Origin: an uncultured Gammaproteobacteria bacterium | Lineage (GTDB): Bacteria; Patescibacteriota; Patescibacteriia; Magasanikbacterales; UBA922 | Reading direction: 5' to 3' | Assembly (NCBI GenBank): GCA_964394405.1 | Contig: CAYMVY010000002.1 | Span: 128,092-192,091, forward strand | Length of the DNA: 64,000 nt | Shown here: piece after piece, positions 47,022-56,923 of the stretch | Layout: each line of letters opens with the position of its first letter | How positions within the stretch are numbered: the stretch's first letter is position 1 | Translations under genes and position numbers: made by a program | The notes under the pieces: model-generated | Told to the model about the DNA's origin: nothing | What the model saw: the letters and a program-made list of their open reading frames with translations, nothing else | Databases searched by the model: none

Positions 47022-48146
47022 TCACGGTGCCAATGGGAAAGTTATTTCGAGTGTTCCCGTACTCACCCACTGTCTCAGAGTTTCGTCTCCAATTGACACA
47101 CGAGCAAGGGCAGATAAAATCTGTTCACGCTCAGTAGTGTCTGCGACCAATGGCTGACTTTGTGTATTGATATGTACTGGAATTAACTTGATTTGTGCAT
47201 CAATTTTTTCGCTATCTTTTTCAAGTGTCAGAGATAGTAATAATCCTTGCATGGTTTCAAGCGAAAAATATTGATCGAACACAAAATTTCCTAGACTATA
47301 AAAAATTGGTTTACCTTTATACAGCTCAATTGGCTGGATCACATGGGGATGTGCGCCAATCACTATGTCTACACCAGCATCAATCATTGCGTATGCTTCT
47401 TGTTTTTGCGCCGTATTTACCCTATCTGTTATATATTCTGTCCCCCAATGCGGATAAGCAATAATGATATCAACTTCTGGACGAATATTTTTAATTTCAG
47501 TTATCACATTATCAAAACCAGTCCCAATAAGCTCATGAAAGCCGACAAATCCAATCTTGATTCCATTTTTTTCAACAATCGCTGAAAGCTTTTGTCCCTC
47601 ACGGTTATTTGGATCACCAAACCACCCTATCCCTGCTTCATCAAGAAATTTCTTGGTTTGCTCAAGCCCCTCAAATCCAAAATTGGTCGTGTGATTATTC
47701 GCAAGACTTACGATGTCAAAATTTTCTTTGAGTGTTGTTGTAACTTTTGGAGAGAAAGTGAAGCTAAAGCGCGCGCCACCCACACCATTTGCGATAGATT
47801 TATTGGTAGTAATCGGCCCCTCCAGATTTACTACTCGAAGATCTGCCTCTCGAAGGGTTGATGAAATCAGACGAAATGCATACCCAAAATCATTGTGTTT
47901 CTGGGCCAGAAGAAGCATGGTCCGATCGAGCATGATATCTCCTGCTGCCAACAAGGTAAGGCGTTTTTTTTCTATGACTTTGTCTCCCTCCTCTTTTACC
48001 TCTTCTTCAATTACTACTTTTTTCTCCGTAACACCTACTGTTTCTGATTCAATCGGACTCGAAGGCCATAGTAGCCACACAACTATAACAAGAGTGCAGG
48101 TAGAAGCACTTGCTATTGCAATGTATTTCCAGAAGTTGGGGTGCAT
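47022..48146 (-). CDS. capA: CapA/PgsA-family metallophosphatase (poly-gamma-glutamate capsule biosynthesis protein CapA-like)
   Basis: 374 aa. N-terminal TM, then LLAAGDIMLDR, VVNLEGP, GAHPHVIQP and SLGNFVFDQ motifs. Confidence 0.85.
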   Translation of the reverse strand: MHPNFWKYIAIASASTCTLVIVVWLLWPSSPIESETVGVTEKKVVIEEEVKEEGDKVIEKKRLTLLAAGDIMLDRTMLLLAQKHNDFGYAFRLISSTLREADLRVVNLEGPITTNKSIANGVGGARFSFTFSPKVTTTLKENFDIVSLANNHTTNFGFEGLEQTKKFLDEAGIGWFGDPNNREGQKLSAIVEKNGIKIGFVGFHELIGTGFDNVITEIKNIRPEVDIIIAYPHWGTEYITDRVNTAQKQEAYAMIDAGVDIVIGAHPHVIQPIELYKGKPIFYSLGNFVFDQYFSLETMQGLLLSLTLEKDSEKIDAQIKLIPVHINTQSQPLVADTTEREQILSALARVSIGDETLRQWVSTGTLEITFPLAP

Positions 48147-48269
48147 ACGAAATCTAGTATACCAACCCTCTGTAGATTTGACAAAAAAACTATTTTATGA
48201 TATATTTTCACGTTGCTCTTTTCGAAAACAGGCTGCCCTACCTTCTAACCCAAAAACTGGCGGAGAATC

Positions 48270-48809
48270 ATGATCATTAACAAAAGCCTGTCCGTCTCAG
48301 CAGTGACCAATCAGTGCGGAAAAATCAACGCAGTCTCCAGGGATGGAAAACTGCACATCACCTACACCGGCCCCACTCTCTCCCATGAGACGGTCGAAAA
48401 AGTGATCAGCGCTATGGTTACCGAGATCGACAACTCCATCCCGCAGATCCTGCAGCCTTCAGATAAAGGCAAAGTACTCGATACTCCCGAGATCCTGTGG
48501 CCAGTACTCGACATCGAGGTCAGAACGCTCCCACTCCTCCAATATGGAAACCAGTGGGAGAGTACTCGTGCGCTCAATGGCATGATGGATGCCAACATAC
48601 GATACCTCGGACAACTGGTGCAGAGGACTGAGAAGCAGATAATCACCGGCCTTCCTCGAGTAGACTGGCCACTCAAGCATTTCGGTCGCAAATGCTTGAA
48701 GGTGGTTAAAGACTGCATCTCACCCTTGGGCGTGCATTTCGGGATGGACATCCTCGGCTGGGTCCCGCCTGATGAACGCCTCATGATGCCTACCGAGCAG
48801 GACACCTAA
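48270..48809 (+). CDS. High-GC island D protein with C-terminal RNA polymerase alpha-subunit CTD-like (HhH) domain
   Basis: 179 aa. Residues about 75-170 align by eye with E. coli RpoA 250-325: ILWPV.DIEV.., IRYLGQLVQRTE vs IHYIGDLVQRTE, FGRKCLKVVKD...GVHFGM vs LGKKSLTEIKD...GLSLGM, WVPP vs WPP. The N-terminal 75 aa are unrelated to the alpha NTD. Confidence 0.55.
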   Translation: MIINKSLSVSAVTNQCGKINAVSRDGKLHITYTGPTLSHETVEKVISAMVTEIDNSIPQILQPSDKGKVLDTPEILWPVLDIEVRTLPLLQYGNQWESTRALNGMMDANIRYLGQLVQRTEKQIITGLPRVDWPLKHFGRKCLKVVKDCISPLGVHFGMDILGWVPPDERLMMPTEQDT

Positions 48810-48843
48810 AGCGCCCCCCCTCTGTGGGCGCGCACCCCCCTTA

Positions 48844-48895
48844 CCCCACGCGTAGTGTAGCAATACGGCTACACACTACACGCGTGGGGTTTTAC
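48844..48895 (+). terminator. Long GC-rich palindromic terminator of island D (ccccacgcgtagtgtag...ctacactacacgcgtgggg + T-run)
   Basis: Extended imperfect palindrome followed by ttttacatttt. Confidence 0.45.
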
Positions 48896-48904
48896 ATTTT
48901 ATAC

Positions 48905-48937
48905 AAAAACATCCCGACTAATTCGGGATGTTTTTAT
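48905..48937. terminator. Bidirectional terminator between convergent genes (aaaacatcccga ctaatt tcgggatgtttt)
   Basis: Perfect 12-bp stem flanked by A-run and T-run. Confidence 0.6.
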
Positions 48938-48942
48938 TACTA

Positions 48943-50445
48943 TTAACCTCTTGGTTCTACTGCCGGTTCTTTCATGGTATCAAACGGCATAATCTGAATT
49001 GGTTCTTCGGCTTGTTTTTCAAGTTCAGTTAACATTTCTTTGGCAAGCGGGATCACAATTTTATTCTGCCATAATCCTTCACCTTGTAATCTCTCAAAAT
49101 CTTTGACCTCAACAATGAGCGCAGGTACAAATATTTCGCTTGATGTACCATTACTCTCATTATACTGCCATCGGCGCATATATCCAGATTCTGAATTTTC
49201 TAGTTCTGCATCTACTGTCTTTGTGGGTTCTGCGTATACTGCCATTCTACCCTTCTCAATAAGAGCTCGGATTCTCGCTTCGTCGGTTTCTCCCTCATAT
49301 GCGGATCCGCTAAACGTTTTGGTCATGATTCCATCTACACTTGTGACTTTCATTTCTTTGGTATTGATATTCACGCGGATACCCATCGGCTCACCATGCT
49401 CCTCATACACTGGTTTTCCATTAATCATAAGCTGGTATACGACGGTATGGATGTTTGAGATGTAGAAATCGCTCTTATTTTCTGCGCGTTCATATCCGAT
49501 TCTCCAGCGTGAATCTACCTGCCCCTCTCTATAGGATTTCATATCGATTCCATACTCACGGAGAAACGCACCAGCAATATCTATCAAACGGCTTTCTTCG
49601 GGAACTTCATCAATCGTGATTCTATTCGGATCGACACAGAATCCATTGGAACAATCAATCATCGGTCGAGCTGAACGCCAGGTAGGATAATTCTCAGAAA
49701 TCGAGACAAATCCTCCAATCATGTCTACATTCACCACATACCCCTGATTCCTGTCTTCAACAAGGGAAAAATTCTGCACTTGAGCCTGGCGCAATTTCCC
49801 CAGATCAAAGATGCCGAGTTTTATTTTCTGCAATATTCCAGAGTACTGCTTTGCCGCGTCAATTCCCGATTCTCGTTTGAGCACTTCAATATTTTCACTC
49901 AATTCAGGTAGCTCGCCTGAAAATGTAAAGTTGTAATTGATGTACACGGGATTATAGATCATGGAAGTTCCACTGATTTTTGCCATATCACCCCCCATAC
50001 CGAATGCCATGTTTGCTGTGCTACCCTGCGCAGCCTCAGTACTATTTGTATTCACTGTGACTGGCGCGAGCGGACCAAAAGCATTTCTCTCAGCCTTGAC
50101 CACTCGTGTCCCTGCTGTAAAGCTGTTTTTTGCTAGCTCTGTCGACATATCTGAACTAAGATATATCACTGGAAGCGCAATCGCAAGTGTCGCAATTGCC
50201 CCACTCAATGTATATACAAACTTTGATTTAAAGAATGAGAATGTTTGTTTTTCTTTTTTGGTCTCAGACGAAAATTTCTCAAGGACTTTTGTTTTCAGTT
50301 CGCGAGCAAAATTCTCATCGAATTGTGTATTTGGTTTATTTTTTATCATACTCTCAACTATTTGTGCGATTTCCACCTGATGATTCTTCAGCTCAGGGTC
50401 GATTCTGTAGAGCTCATCAAGAATGAATTGAATATTTTTTTCCAT
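48943..50445 (-). CDS. Putative anti-sigma factor (single-pass membrane protein with large extracytoplasmic domain)
   Basis: 500 aa. Cytoplasmic N-terminal helix-rich about 75 aa, one TM (LSGAIATLAIALPVIYL), then a large external domain. Sits immediately downstream of the ECF sigma gene. Confidence 0.45.
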   Translation of the reverse strand: MEKNIQFILDELYRIDPELKNHQVEIAQIVESMIKNKPNTQFDENFARELKTKVLEKFSSETKKEKQTFSFFKSKFVYTLSGAIATLAIALPVIYLSSDMSTELAKNSFTAGTRVVKAERNAFGPLAPVTVNTNSTEAAQGSTANMAFGMGGDMAKISGTSMIYNPVYINYNFTFSGELPELSENIEVLKRESGIDAAKQYSGILQKIKLGIFDLGKLRQAQVQNFSLVEDRNQGYVVNVDMIGGFVSISENYPTWRSARPMIDCSNGFCVDPNRITIDEVPEESRLIDIAGAFLREYGIDMKSYREGQVDSRWRIGYERAENKSDFYISNIHTVVYQLMINGKPVYEEHGEPMGIRVNINTKEMKVTSVDGIMTKTFSGSAYEGETDEARIRALIEKGRMAVYAEPTKTVDAELENSESGYMRRWQYNESNGTSSEIFVPALIVEVKDFERLQGEGLWQNKIVIPLAKEMLTELEKQAEEPIQIMPFDTMKEPAVEPRG

Positions 50446-50503
50446 ACAGTGATTACTGGGTTATTTTTAAATAAATTGGATATCCTTACACTTGTACTAC
50501 GCA

Positions 50504-51070
50504 TTACTGCGACTGAAGTAACAACGCGATATAGACTCCAATTGGTACGTGTGTTCGAAGTTCTTTTAATGCACGCGATGCTGCCATTTTCAAACTTGCT
50601 TCGCTTTTTCCCAATACTTCAGCGATTTCTTTGTACGAGAGTTCGTCCCATACACGCAGTGTAATAATCTCACGTTCGCGCTCTGATAATTTTTCCAATG
50701 CGATTTCTACTTTTTTGAGCATGTCTTTATTTTCTATCTGTGTTTTCAAATCTTTCGTATCTGCCACATCAAAATCTTCGGGAAATCCGGTTGTTTTTTT
50801 GTTCACCCGATATTGATCTACCAGCGTATTCCTCGCTATTCGATACAGCCACGATGCTGCAGAGCCTTTCTTTGGATCAAATGATCCTATGTGTTCAAGT
50901 GCTTTCATGAATGTGTCTGCTACAATGTCTTCAGCAGATTGCCTATCTTTCACGCGAAAAAAGGCATAATCATAGAGTTTTTTTACAAATCCATCATAGA
51001 CTTCACCAAAAGCTTGTCTATCGCCATTTTGGGCGCGCACCAGCTTTTCTTCAAATACACCTAAAGACAT
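50504..51070 (-). CDS. ECF-subfamily sigma-70 factor
   Basis: 188 aa. Region 2 (YDYAFFRV, DIVADTFMKAL) and region 4 HTH (ELSYKEIAEVLGKSEASLKMAASRALKEL). Confidence 0.85.
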   Translation of the reverse strand: MSLGVFEEKLVRAQNGDRQAFGEVYDGFVKKLYDYAFFRVKDRQSAEDIVADTFMKALEHIGSFDPKKGSAASWLYRIARNTLVDQYRVNKKTTGFPEDFDVADTKDLKTQIENKDMLKKVEIALEKLSEREREIITLRVWDELSYKEIAEVLGKSEASLKMAASRALKELRTHVPIGVYIALLLQSQ

Positions 51071-51257
51071 AGTACAAAATTAAAATCTGTATATAGTATA
51101 CGATAAACGATACAAAAAGTAACATACGGTAATTTTATACACATCACCATATTTTCTCATACACTATAACGTGGTACGCTATTACCCTTCCAGGTTTTAC
51201 GGCATACTTGGGAGAGGTGCTACCGTCCACAATGCCGTCCAAGGAGAGAGTGGCCAC

Positions 51258-51626
51258 ATGGCCCACGTGTTTACGATGCTGATCGAGGGTGATAAAAACC
51301 CGAGCGAAGGTGATCTGTACCTGCTTTTCATGAAGTCTCGTGACTTCTTCGGTGAATGCGAAGCGACCTTCTACGGAAAGGATTCAAAGACTGGTCAACC
51401 GATTCAACGCTCCTGCCTCATCTCGAGTGTCGGATGGGTTCCGAAATCTATGAATAGCCTGAAAATCGAAGGCTCCTACCGCATCACTGATGAGTGCCCC
51501 TCGGTTCATATTCCGGAGTACAACCCCCTGAAGAAAACCGGCACGATGACTTACACTCTCCCCAAGCCCAACGCGGGAGAGCTGATGGAAGAGGTCCACT
51601 TTGGCCAGGAGCTGGCTGTCGCCTAA
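51258..51626 (+). CDS. Hypothetical small protein of high-GC island E (about 122 aa from MAHVFTML)
   Basis: AAGGAGAGAG SD precedes this ATG. The ORF-track GTG start at 51171 lacks an SD. GC3-rich. No domain recognised. Confidence 0.45.
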   Translation: MAHVFTMLIEGDKNPSEGDLYLLFMKSRDFFGECEATFYGKDSKTGQPIQRSCLISSVGWVPKSMNSLKIEGSYRITDECPSVHIPEYNPLKKTGTMTYTLPKPNAGELMEEVHFGQELAVA

Positions 51627-51648
51627 TCCTCGATAATTGAGCGTCGTT

Positions 51649-51698
51649 ATCCGCACCCGTATTGTTCAGTCTACCGGATTGTCCAGTCGGGTGCGGAT
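51649..51698 (+). terminator. GC-rich terminator of island E (atccgcacccg ... cgggtgcggat)
   Basis: Perfect 11-bp stem with about 28-nt loop, then gctttctt. Confidence 0.4.
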
Positions 51699-51763
51699 GC
51701 TTTCTTATTGCAAAAAATCAGCACATAGTATATACTGTTTTCTTTACACTTGTTCAGAATCAT

Positions 51764-52450
51764 ATGGAAATCCAAAAGAAAAAAGTTGCGGTATTTGATA
51801 TTGATGGAACCATTTTTCGCTCAAATTTGCATTTTGAGTTGTTCAAGGGATTGGTCGAGTATGGAATATTCCCTGCAATCGTTCTAAAAGAAATTGAAGA
51901 ATACCATGATGACTGGATCAACCGACGGGGACATTATCGAGATTTTGAACAATCCCTCATCGTCTCGTACCGTAATAGATTGAGAGGAAAAGTTGCCGAG
52001 GACATTGAAAAAGTAAGTCGGTATGTAGTGGCGGAAAAAATAGAACATGTCTACGTATATACCCGCGATCTTATTGAAAAGCTTCGTCCAGAATATACAC
52101 TTCTCGCGATTTCTGGATCTCCTCGAGAAATTGTTGATGCATTCACCGAAAACTGGAAATTTGATAAAGCTTATGGGACGATTTATGCATCAGAAGATGG
52201 TGTCTATACTGGAGATGTATCTTTTGCGTCCTACGAAGTAAAGGATACTACATTGAAAAATTTCTGCGCTGAGAATGGATTATCTCTCGAAGGATCCATC
52301 GGTGTTGGTGATACCAGTGGAGATGTGGCATTTCTTAACCTAGTCGAATATCCTATTGCATTCAATCCGAGTAGAGAGTTATTTGAAACAGCGGCGGAGC
52401 GAAAATGGAAAACAGTCGTTGAACGTAAAGATGTAATCTACGAACTATAA
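51764..52450 (+). CDS. HAD-superfamily hydrolase (HAD-IB / phosphoserine-phosphatase-like)
   Basis: Motif I VFDIDGTIF, then motif II, and motif IV GVGDTSGD. Start set at MEIQKKK. Confidence 0.75.
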   Translation: MEIQKKKVAVFDIDGTIFRSNLHFELFKGLVEYGIFPAIVLKEIEEYHDDWINRRGHYRDFEQSLIVSYRNRLRGKVAEDIEKVSRYVVAEKIEHVYVYTRDLIEKLRPEYTLLAISGSPREIVDAFTENWKFDKAYGTIYASEDGVYTGDVSFASYEVKDTTLKNFCAENGLSLEGSIGVGDTSGDVAFLNLVEYPIAFNPSRELFETAAERKWKTVVERKDVIYEL

Positions 52451-52804
52451 TCCCAAAAAACCCCCGACTATGTTGCCGGGGGTTTTTGTTTTTTAATCTC
52501 TATCCGTCTCTCTCTTTTCACGCTCTTTCTTTTCTTCCTCTTTTTTTTCCTTATGATCTTCACGTGCATCTTTCATACCTGCTCTGAACCCTTTCATAAA
52601 GTTCTTTCCAATATCCGATCCTGATGTATTATCTGACATACGTATAGGGGTTACTCCCTGTACCTCTTCACTCTATCATTTTAAAAGAAGCACCGGATGA
52701 ATGAAACTCTTTATTCCACTATATACCCCTATGCCCATGTGGTCAAATTTTACCCTACTCCCACACGTAGGCTAAATAGCAAAATAGTGCTATGATACAG
52801 ATCT

Positions 52805-53302
52805 ATGCAACTACCCTATCGTAAACCAGGAAAATATGGTCAGGAAAAACTTGACCCATTTATGACTGAAGCAAAGCATGCAGAGCTGACACATGATCTC
52901 GACCAACTTTACAAAATACAGCCAACTGCAGCCGCTGAAGTAGCACGTTTGGCAGAATTGGGAGATTTTTCAGAAAATGCGGAATATCAATTGGCCAAGG
53001 GAAGACTTCGTGGCATCAACCAGCGGATATTGGTATTAGAAAATCAACTAAAACACGCAGTACTCATACGTCCCAAAAAACATGGAAGCACCGTAGGACT
53101 TGGTGATACTGTTACCGTAGAAGTTAACCACAAGCAAAAGACATATCAAATACTTGGATCATCGGAGACAGATCCGGAAAAAGGAATCATTTCGCATAAT
53201 TCCCCTATTGGAGAAGCTTTGATTGGAGCAACGGTCGGAGACACTGTTACCATACAGCGTGGCGACACATCGATAACATATACAATTCTTGCAATCACGT
53301 AG
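52805..53302 (+). CDS. GreA/GreB-family transcript cleavage factor (second paralog)
   Basis: 165 aa. DFSENAEY acidic-tip motif and C-terminal FKBP-like domain. Only loosely similar to greA at 773-1234. Confidence 0.75.
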   Translation: MQLPYRKPGKYGQEKLDPFMTEAKHAELTHDLDQLYKIQPTAAAEVARLAELGDFSENAEYQLAKGRLRGINQRILVLENQLKHAVLIRPKKHGSTVGLGDTVTVEVNHKQKTYQILGSSETDPEKGIISHNSPIGEALIGATVGDTVTIQRGDTSITYTILAIT

Positions 53303-53303
53303 T

Positions 53304-54497
53304 TCAATAGCGCAACTCTCTCTCAAGGAGCTCTTTTCCTTTTTCTTGCCATATTTCCTGATTGGTGTGTTCCATTTCGAGAATATAATCTTCGACAATA
53401 CCTCTCCGCTCGCTTTTTTCTGAGAGCGTTCTGATATATCTTTCGAGAATATCATACTGAATTTGCAATCGTGTATCATCCGCATCCACCTGTAGCCAGA
53501 GATTATTTTCAAATGCCCAGACGATGAATTCTTGGTCTTCTTTTTTTTCGTCAATCAATTTTAACAATCCTTCTTGGATCACCTTGGCGTCTGTCCCACT
53601 ATAATCATCTTTTGAAAGGTGATTTTTGATCGGATTGAGTGTTGATTCTAGATACTTACTCAGTTCTTCTGGAATATACGGAATATCCGCCACTGAATGT
53701 GGTGGCTTCATTGCGAGTGTAATATATTCTGGATGTCTAGCAATATCCATCTGTGAAAGTGCCCGCGCAATTGCCTCTGCTTCATCAAACGAGAGATCTG
53801 TCTTTACAATTTTATAGATAATATAATGCAGTGCTGTATCAATTTTTGACGATTCATCTGGCACATAATCAACCAACATTTTTTTGATAAACGTAGAATG
53901 ATTGTGTGCCCGTTGTGGCTCTCCAATGGCATACACATGCCGTTGACGAAGCCACTGCAATGTTTCGGTGGTGGGCAATCTCAAACTTCGTAGAATTCCT
54001 AGTGTTTCTGAAAAACCAACAATCACCAGATAATCAGCTTTCATGCCTAATATTTTTTCTATCTGTCCAATACCATATTCAATTCCAACCAATCCGCATG
54101 AATTCGATACATAATAATCAGAGGAGGTGGTACCTACCCCTGGCGGAAGTGGAGAGTACGTGCCTCGAGGAACCGCAGTGATGGTGACTCGTTGTTTTTT
54201 CTCATTAATCTCTATCATCTGAATTACATCACAATGTCCACTACTCTGCCCTACACGCTTATCCAAGCCAATCAAAAGTACACGGACCATGCCGTCCTCA
54301 CCAAATGGGTCAGCTTCTTTTCCTCCCACTACACGTGAGCGACGGGCATCCAGTACGCGTTGGATTGCTTCAGCGCTTGCCCTCTCCATAGCTCCACCCG
54401 GGTCTCCTGCACGAAACCACAAAATATTCTTCCAGAGGTACCATCCGGTGAAGCAAATAACGAGGACTAAGATTGTTACTAATAGTGCTTTTTTCAT
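53304..54497 (-). CDS. LCP-family (LytR-CpsA-Psr) protein with C-terminal extension
   Basis: 397 aa. N-terminal TM, then LCP core (VLLIGLDKR, GHCDVIQMIEINEKKQRVTITAVPRGTY, YLVIVGFSET). About 170-aa C-terminal region unknown. Confidence 0.7.
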   Translation of the reverse strand: MKKALLVTILVLVICFTGWYLWKNILWFRAGDPGGAMERASAEAIQRVLDARRSRVVGGKEADPFGEDGMVRVLLIGLDKRVGQSSGHCDVIQMIEINEKKQRVTITAVPRGTYSPLPPGVGTTSSDYYVSNSCGLVGIEYGIGQIEKILGMKADYLVIVGFSETLGILRSLRLPTTETLQWLRQRHVYAIGEPQRAHNHSTFIKKMLVDYVPDESSKIDTALHYIIYKIVKTDLSFDEAEAIARALSQMDIARHPEYITLAMKPPHSVADIPYIPEELSKYLESTLNPIKNHLSKDDYSGTDAKVIQEGLLKLIDEKKEDQEFIVWAFENNLWLQVDADDTRLQIQYDILERYIRTLSEKSERRGIVEDYILEMEHTNQEIWQEKGKELLERELRY

Positions 54498-54572
54498 GAA
54501 GCCTATTGTACTTAGTTATACCAAAAAATACAACGCCCTATTGGACACTTTTTTTGTTCACATTATACACCT

Positions 54573-55493
54573 CTATATCTTTTTCGGAAATAATACTGAC
54601 AAGAGGAGTGACAATCCTAGAGCGGACATGATGATGGTAAAAGAGGTTAAGGAAGAGAGATGGATATGGAATAATCCTGCAAGCATCTTTAATCCGATAA
54701 AGACGAGGATAAAAGAAAGCCCTTTTTGTAAATAATGAAACTTATGAACTACACCTTCAATAAGGAAGAAAAGCGCACGAAGCCCCATGATCGCGAATAT
54801 GTTTGAGGTAAATACGATAAAAGGATCTTGAGAAATTGAAAACGCTGCGGGAATAGAATCGACCGCAAATATAATGTCCGTACCTTCTACTAGTAGCACA
54901 ATCATGAACAATACCGTTGCGTGCCACTTCCCATTTTCCTTGAGGAAAAATTTACCGTCATGGTAATTGGTGCTAAAGCGAAAAATTTTCTTTGCAAATT
55001 TGAGGATAGCATGTTCATGAAAGTCAGCATGTTCTTCTTTCTTATCTCTAAAGAGTTTGACGCCGGTATAGAGCAAAATCGCCCCAAAAATATAGAGTAC
55101 CCAATGGAACTGGCTGATAATATATGCGCCCACTCCAATAAAAATTGCACGGAATACAATAGCCCCTATGATCCCCCAGAAAAGAACTTTGTGATAATAT
55201 TTTTCCTCTAATCCAAAGAAGTTGAAAATAAGTAATATAACGAACAGATTATCAACTGAGAGCATCTTCTCGGTAACATAGGCGCTCATGAATGCTGCCG
55301 CCTGATCTCCCCCCTGCATCCACCAGATGAGTCCAGCAAAGGCACATGAAATACCAATCCAAAACACGGACTGAAGAAACGCTGACTTGAGCGAAATCTT
55401 GTGAGCTTTTTTATTGAAAAATCCCAAATCAGCTACCAAAAAGCCTACAATAATTACTGCAAAGATAATAAATAGATTGAGTTCAGAGAGCAT
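54573..55493 (-). CDS. terC: TerC-family integral membrane protein
   Basis: 306 aa. TerC motifs, including the conserved Asp-containing helix EKMLSVDNLFVILLIF. Confidence 0.85.
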   Translation of the reverse strand: MLSELNLFIIFAVIIVGFLVADLGFFNKKAHKISLKSAFLQSVFWIGISCAFAGLIWWMQGGDQAAAFMSAYVTEKMLSVDNLFVILLIFNFFGLEEKYYHKVLFWGIIGAIVFRAIFIGVGAYIISQFHWVLYIFGAILLYTGVKLFRDKKEEHADFHEHAILKFAKKIFRFSTNYHDGKFFLKENGKWHATVLFMIVLLVEGTDIIFAVDSIPAAFSISQDPFIVFTSNIFAIMGLRALFFLIEGVVHKFHYLQKGLSFILVFIGLKMLAGLFHIHLSSLTSFTIIMSALGLSLLLSVLFPKKI

Positions 55494-55618
55494 AGCGATC
55501 TTTTAAGGTATGGTGTGCGTAATAAAGAGAAGTTTAAAATGCAACGAGATATGTATCAAACAAGTAAAATAACTATATTAAGTTAATTTTTCTCATATAT
55601 AGGTAAAATTCTTATTTA

Positions 55619-56656
55619 TTATCCACTTTTAAACTCCCCTACGATTGCTTCAAGTATATCGTGGAAGCTGATGATACCAAGAACATCACCTGTCCCTTTA
55701 TTATCAGTAATAAGTACAATACTCACTGATGATCTTTTAAGTCTTTCAATCGCCACGAGGGATGGTACATCCGCGTTGATATGCATCACTGGCTGAACGA
55801 GTGCTTGTAAATCGATCCCTCCTTTTTCATTCTTGAACAAATGAGACAACACATCTTTGGTCTCTATAGCACCCAGGTTTTTATCGAGTGATCCCTCGCA
55901 GACCGGAAAAACGGATCGGTCGCTTCCGGTTATTTTGTTTCTAATAGTCTCAACGGAATCATTGATATCAAGCCACACCACTTCCTCATCTGGCGTCATA
56001 AAATCACTAATCGGTCTATTTCCCAGATGAAATATACTTTCTACCATTTTTTGTTCCGCTCTCTCAAAAACTCCACTTTCAGCTCCTTCAGCAATCAGTA
56101 ATTTTATTTCCTCCTCACTAACTATCTGTTCAGTAGCAGACTTGATTCGAAGTAACTTGAGAAAAAAAGCTGTTGACCTACTTAGTAAGGCTACTGCTGG
56201 TGTAGCAAACCGCATAATCAGGGTAATAGGCCCAGCAACTCTCAAAGATATTTTCTCTGGATTGGAAAGAGCGATTTGCTTGGGAACCAATTCACCAATC
56301 ACGAGCGAAAGAAAGGTGATGATTATAACGACCACCGCAACACTAATTGGTTCTGCATATACAGCTAAGGTAGTAAATGTTTGCAACCATTGTTCCATGT
56401 GTTCAGCAACTGTCGCTCCACCAAACGCACCGGCAAATATTCCAATCATCGTAATACCTATCTGAACAGTGGAAAGCATTTCCGGAGATTTGCGAGTCAA
56501 GAATAATGCTTTTTGTGCTTTTACATTCCCCTGTTTTGATAGATGTTTCAAGCGACTTTTTTTCACACTTAATAATGCAATCTCAGATAAAGAAAAATAG
56601 CCATTGAGCACAATTAAGGCAACTATTAATACTATTTCGATTATAATGTTTGGCAT
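55619..56656 (-). CDS. CNNM/HlyC-CorC-family transporter (DUF21 + CBS pair), lacking the CorC_HlyC C-terminal domain
   Basis: 345 aa. DUF21 four-TM domain (NGYFSLSEIALLS), then tandem CBS domains. Confidence 0.85.
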   Translation of the reverse strand: MPNIIIEIVLIVALIVLNGYFSLSEIALLSVKKSRLKHLSKQGNVKAQKALFLTRKSPEMLSTVQIGITMIGIFAGAFGGATVAEHMEQWLQTFTTLAVYAEPISVAVVVIIITFLSLVIGELVPKQIALSNPEKISLRVAGPITLIMRFATPAVALLSRSTAFFLKLLRIKSATEQIVSEEEIKLLIAEGAESGVFERAEQKMVESIFHLGNRPISDFMTPDEEVVWLDINDSVETIRNKITGSDRSVFPVCEGSLDKNLGAIETKDVLSHLFKNEKGGIDLQALVQPVMHINADVPSLVAIERLKRSSVSIVLITDNKGTGDVLGIISFHDILEAIVGEFKSG

Positions 56657-56923
56657 ATAACGTACACAACTTATGGTGGTTTATTGTAGCATACTCTATA
56701 TTGTTTTAACAGCCCCAAACCTATGTTATACACAAACATTAAATTACCTACACAAAGCAATTTTTGAGATAAAATTCACTTATTTGTGTAATCTTATAAC
56801 ATTATAGAGTAATACTATAAAATCACTCTATAAGAATCAATTTGCCAGATGCCCTTTACAAATAAAACAAGGTAGTGTATACTTATATTATTAAATAGTT
56901 AAACAATAATTAAACAATCATAT

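Noticed and set aside
52493-52642. 49-aa highly charged minus-strand ORF (MSDNTSGSDIGKNFMKGF...KEEEKKERE...)
   Set aside because: Low-complexity Lys/Glu-rich, no clear SD. May be real but unsupported.
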